Below are positions 63,938 to 64,000 of a stretch of DNA of 64,000 bases, in pieces. Origin of the DNA: Daphnia carinata (lineage: Eukaryota); NCBI RefSeq assembly GCF_022539665.2, contig NC_081332.1, forward strand, positions 6,758,001-6,822,000, read 5' to 3'. The translations under genes and the position numbers were made by a program. How positions within the stretch are numbered: the first letter of the stretch is position 1; each line of letters starts with the position of its first letter. Below the pieces are notes generated by a model. That model was not told the DNA's origin. It searched no databases and saw only the letters and a program-made list of their open reading frames with translations.

Positions 63938-64000
63938 GTATACTTCATGCGGAGATTTCGCAACAAACGTTACAACGTTTATACACGCCTCCAGTTTGTA

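Overview
Eukaryotic, AT-rich, intron-dense (mostly 55-75 bp GT-AG introns) arthropod DNA; the gene content and intron sizes fit a cladoceran such as Daphnia (inference). Positions ~1-46.3 kb are a fast-evolving accessory block. It holds a 5'-truncated DHX37 pseudogene, a minus-strand tandem cluster of ecdysteroid-kinase-like (EcKL) genes (3 intact, 3 remnants), and two intact paralogous genes encoding an IRE1-like Ser/Thr kinase fused to long arrays of 37-aa ankyrin repeats (19 and ~35 repeats) that vary at the predicted binding-surface positions. These are followed by a dense, partly nested set of DNA transposons: a P/THAP9 element, a hAT element, two long-TIR Tc1 elements and several MITEs. 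Positions ~46.5-64 kb are more ordinary: a four-TM MS4A-like gene, a carotenoid oxygenase (BCO/NinaB), ACF1/BAZ1A and the 5' part of cystathionine beta-synthase. The best candidate for an undescribed system is the kinase plus variable-ankyrin pair, a possible modular sensor/immune receptor. Also notable are a Tc1 element carrying a second, head-to-head, catalytically dead transposase-derived gene, and a MITE carrying a tRNA-like Pol III unit. All calls were made by eye; no database searches were run.
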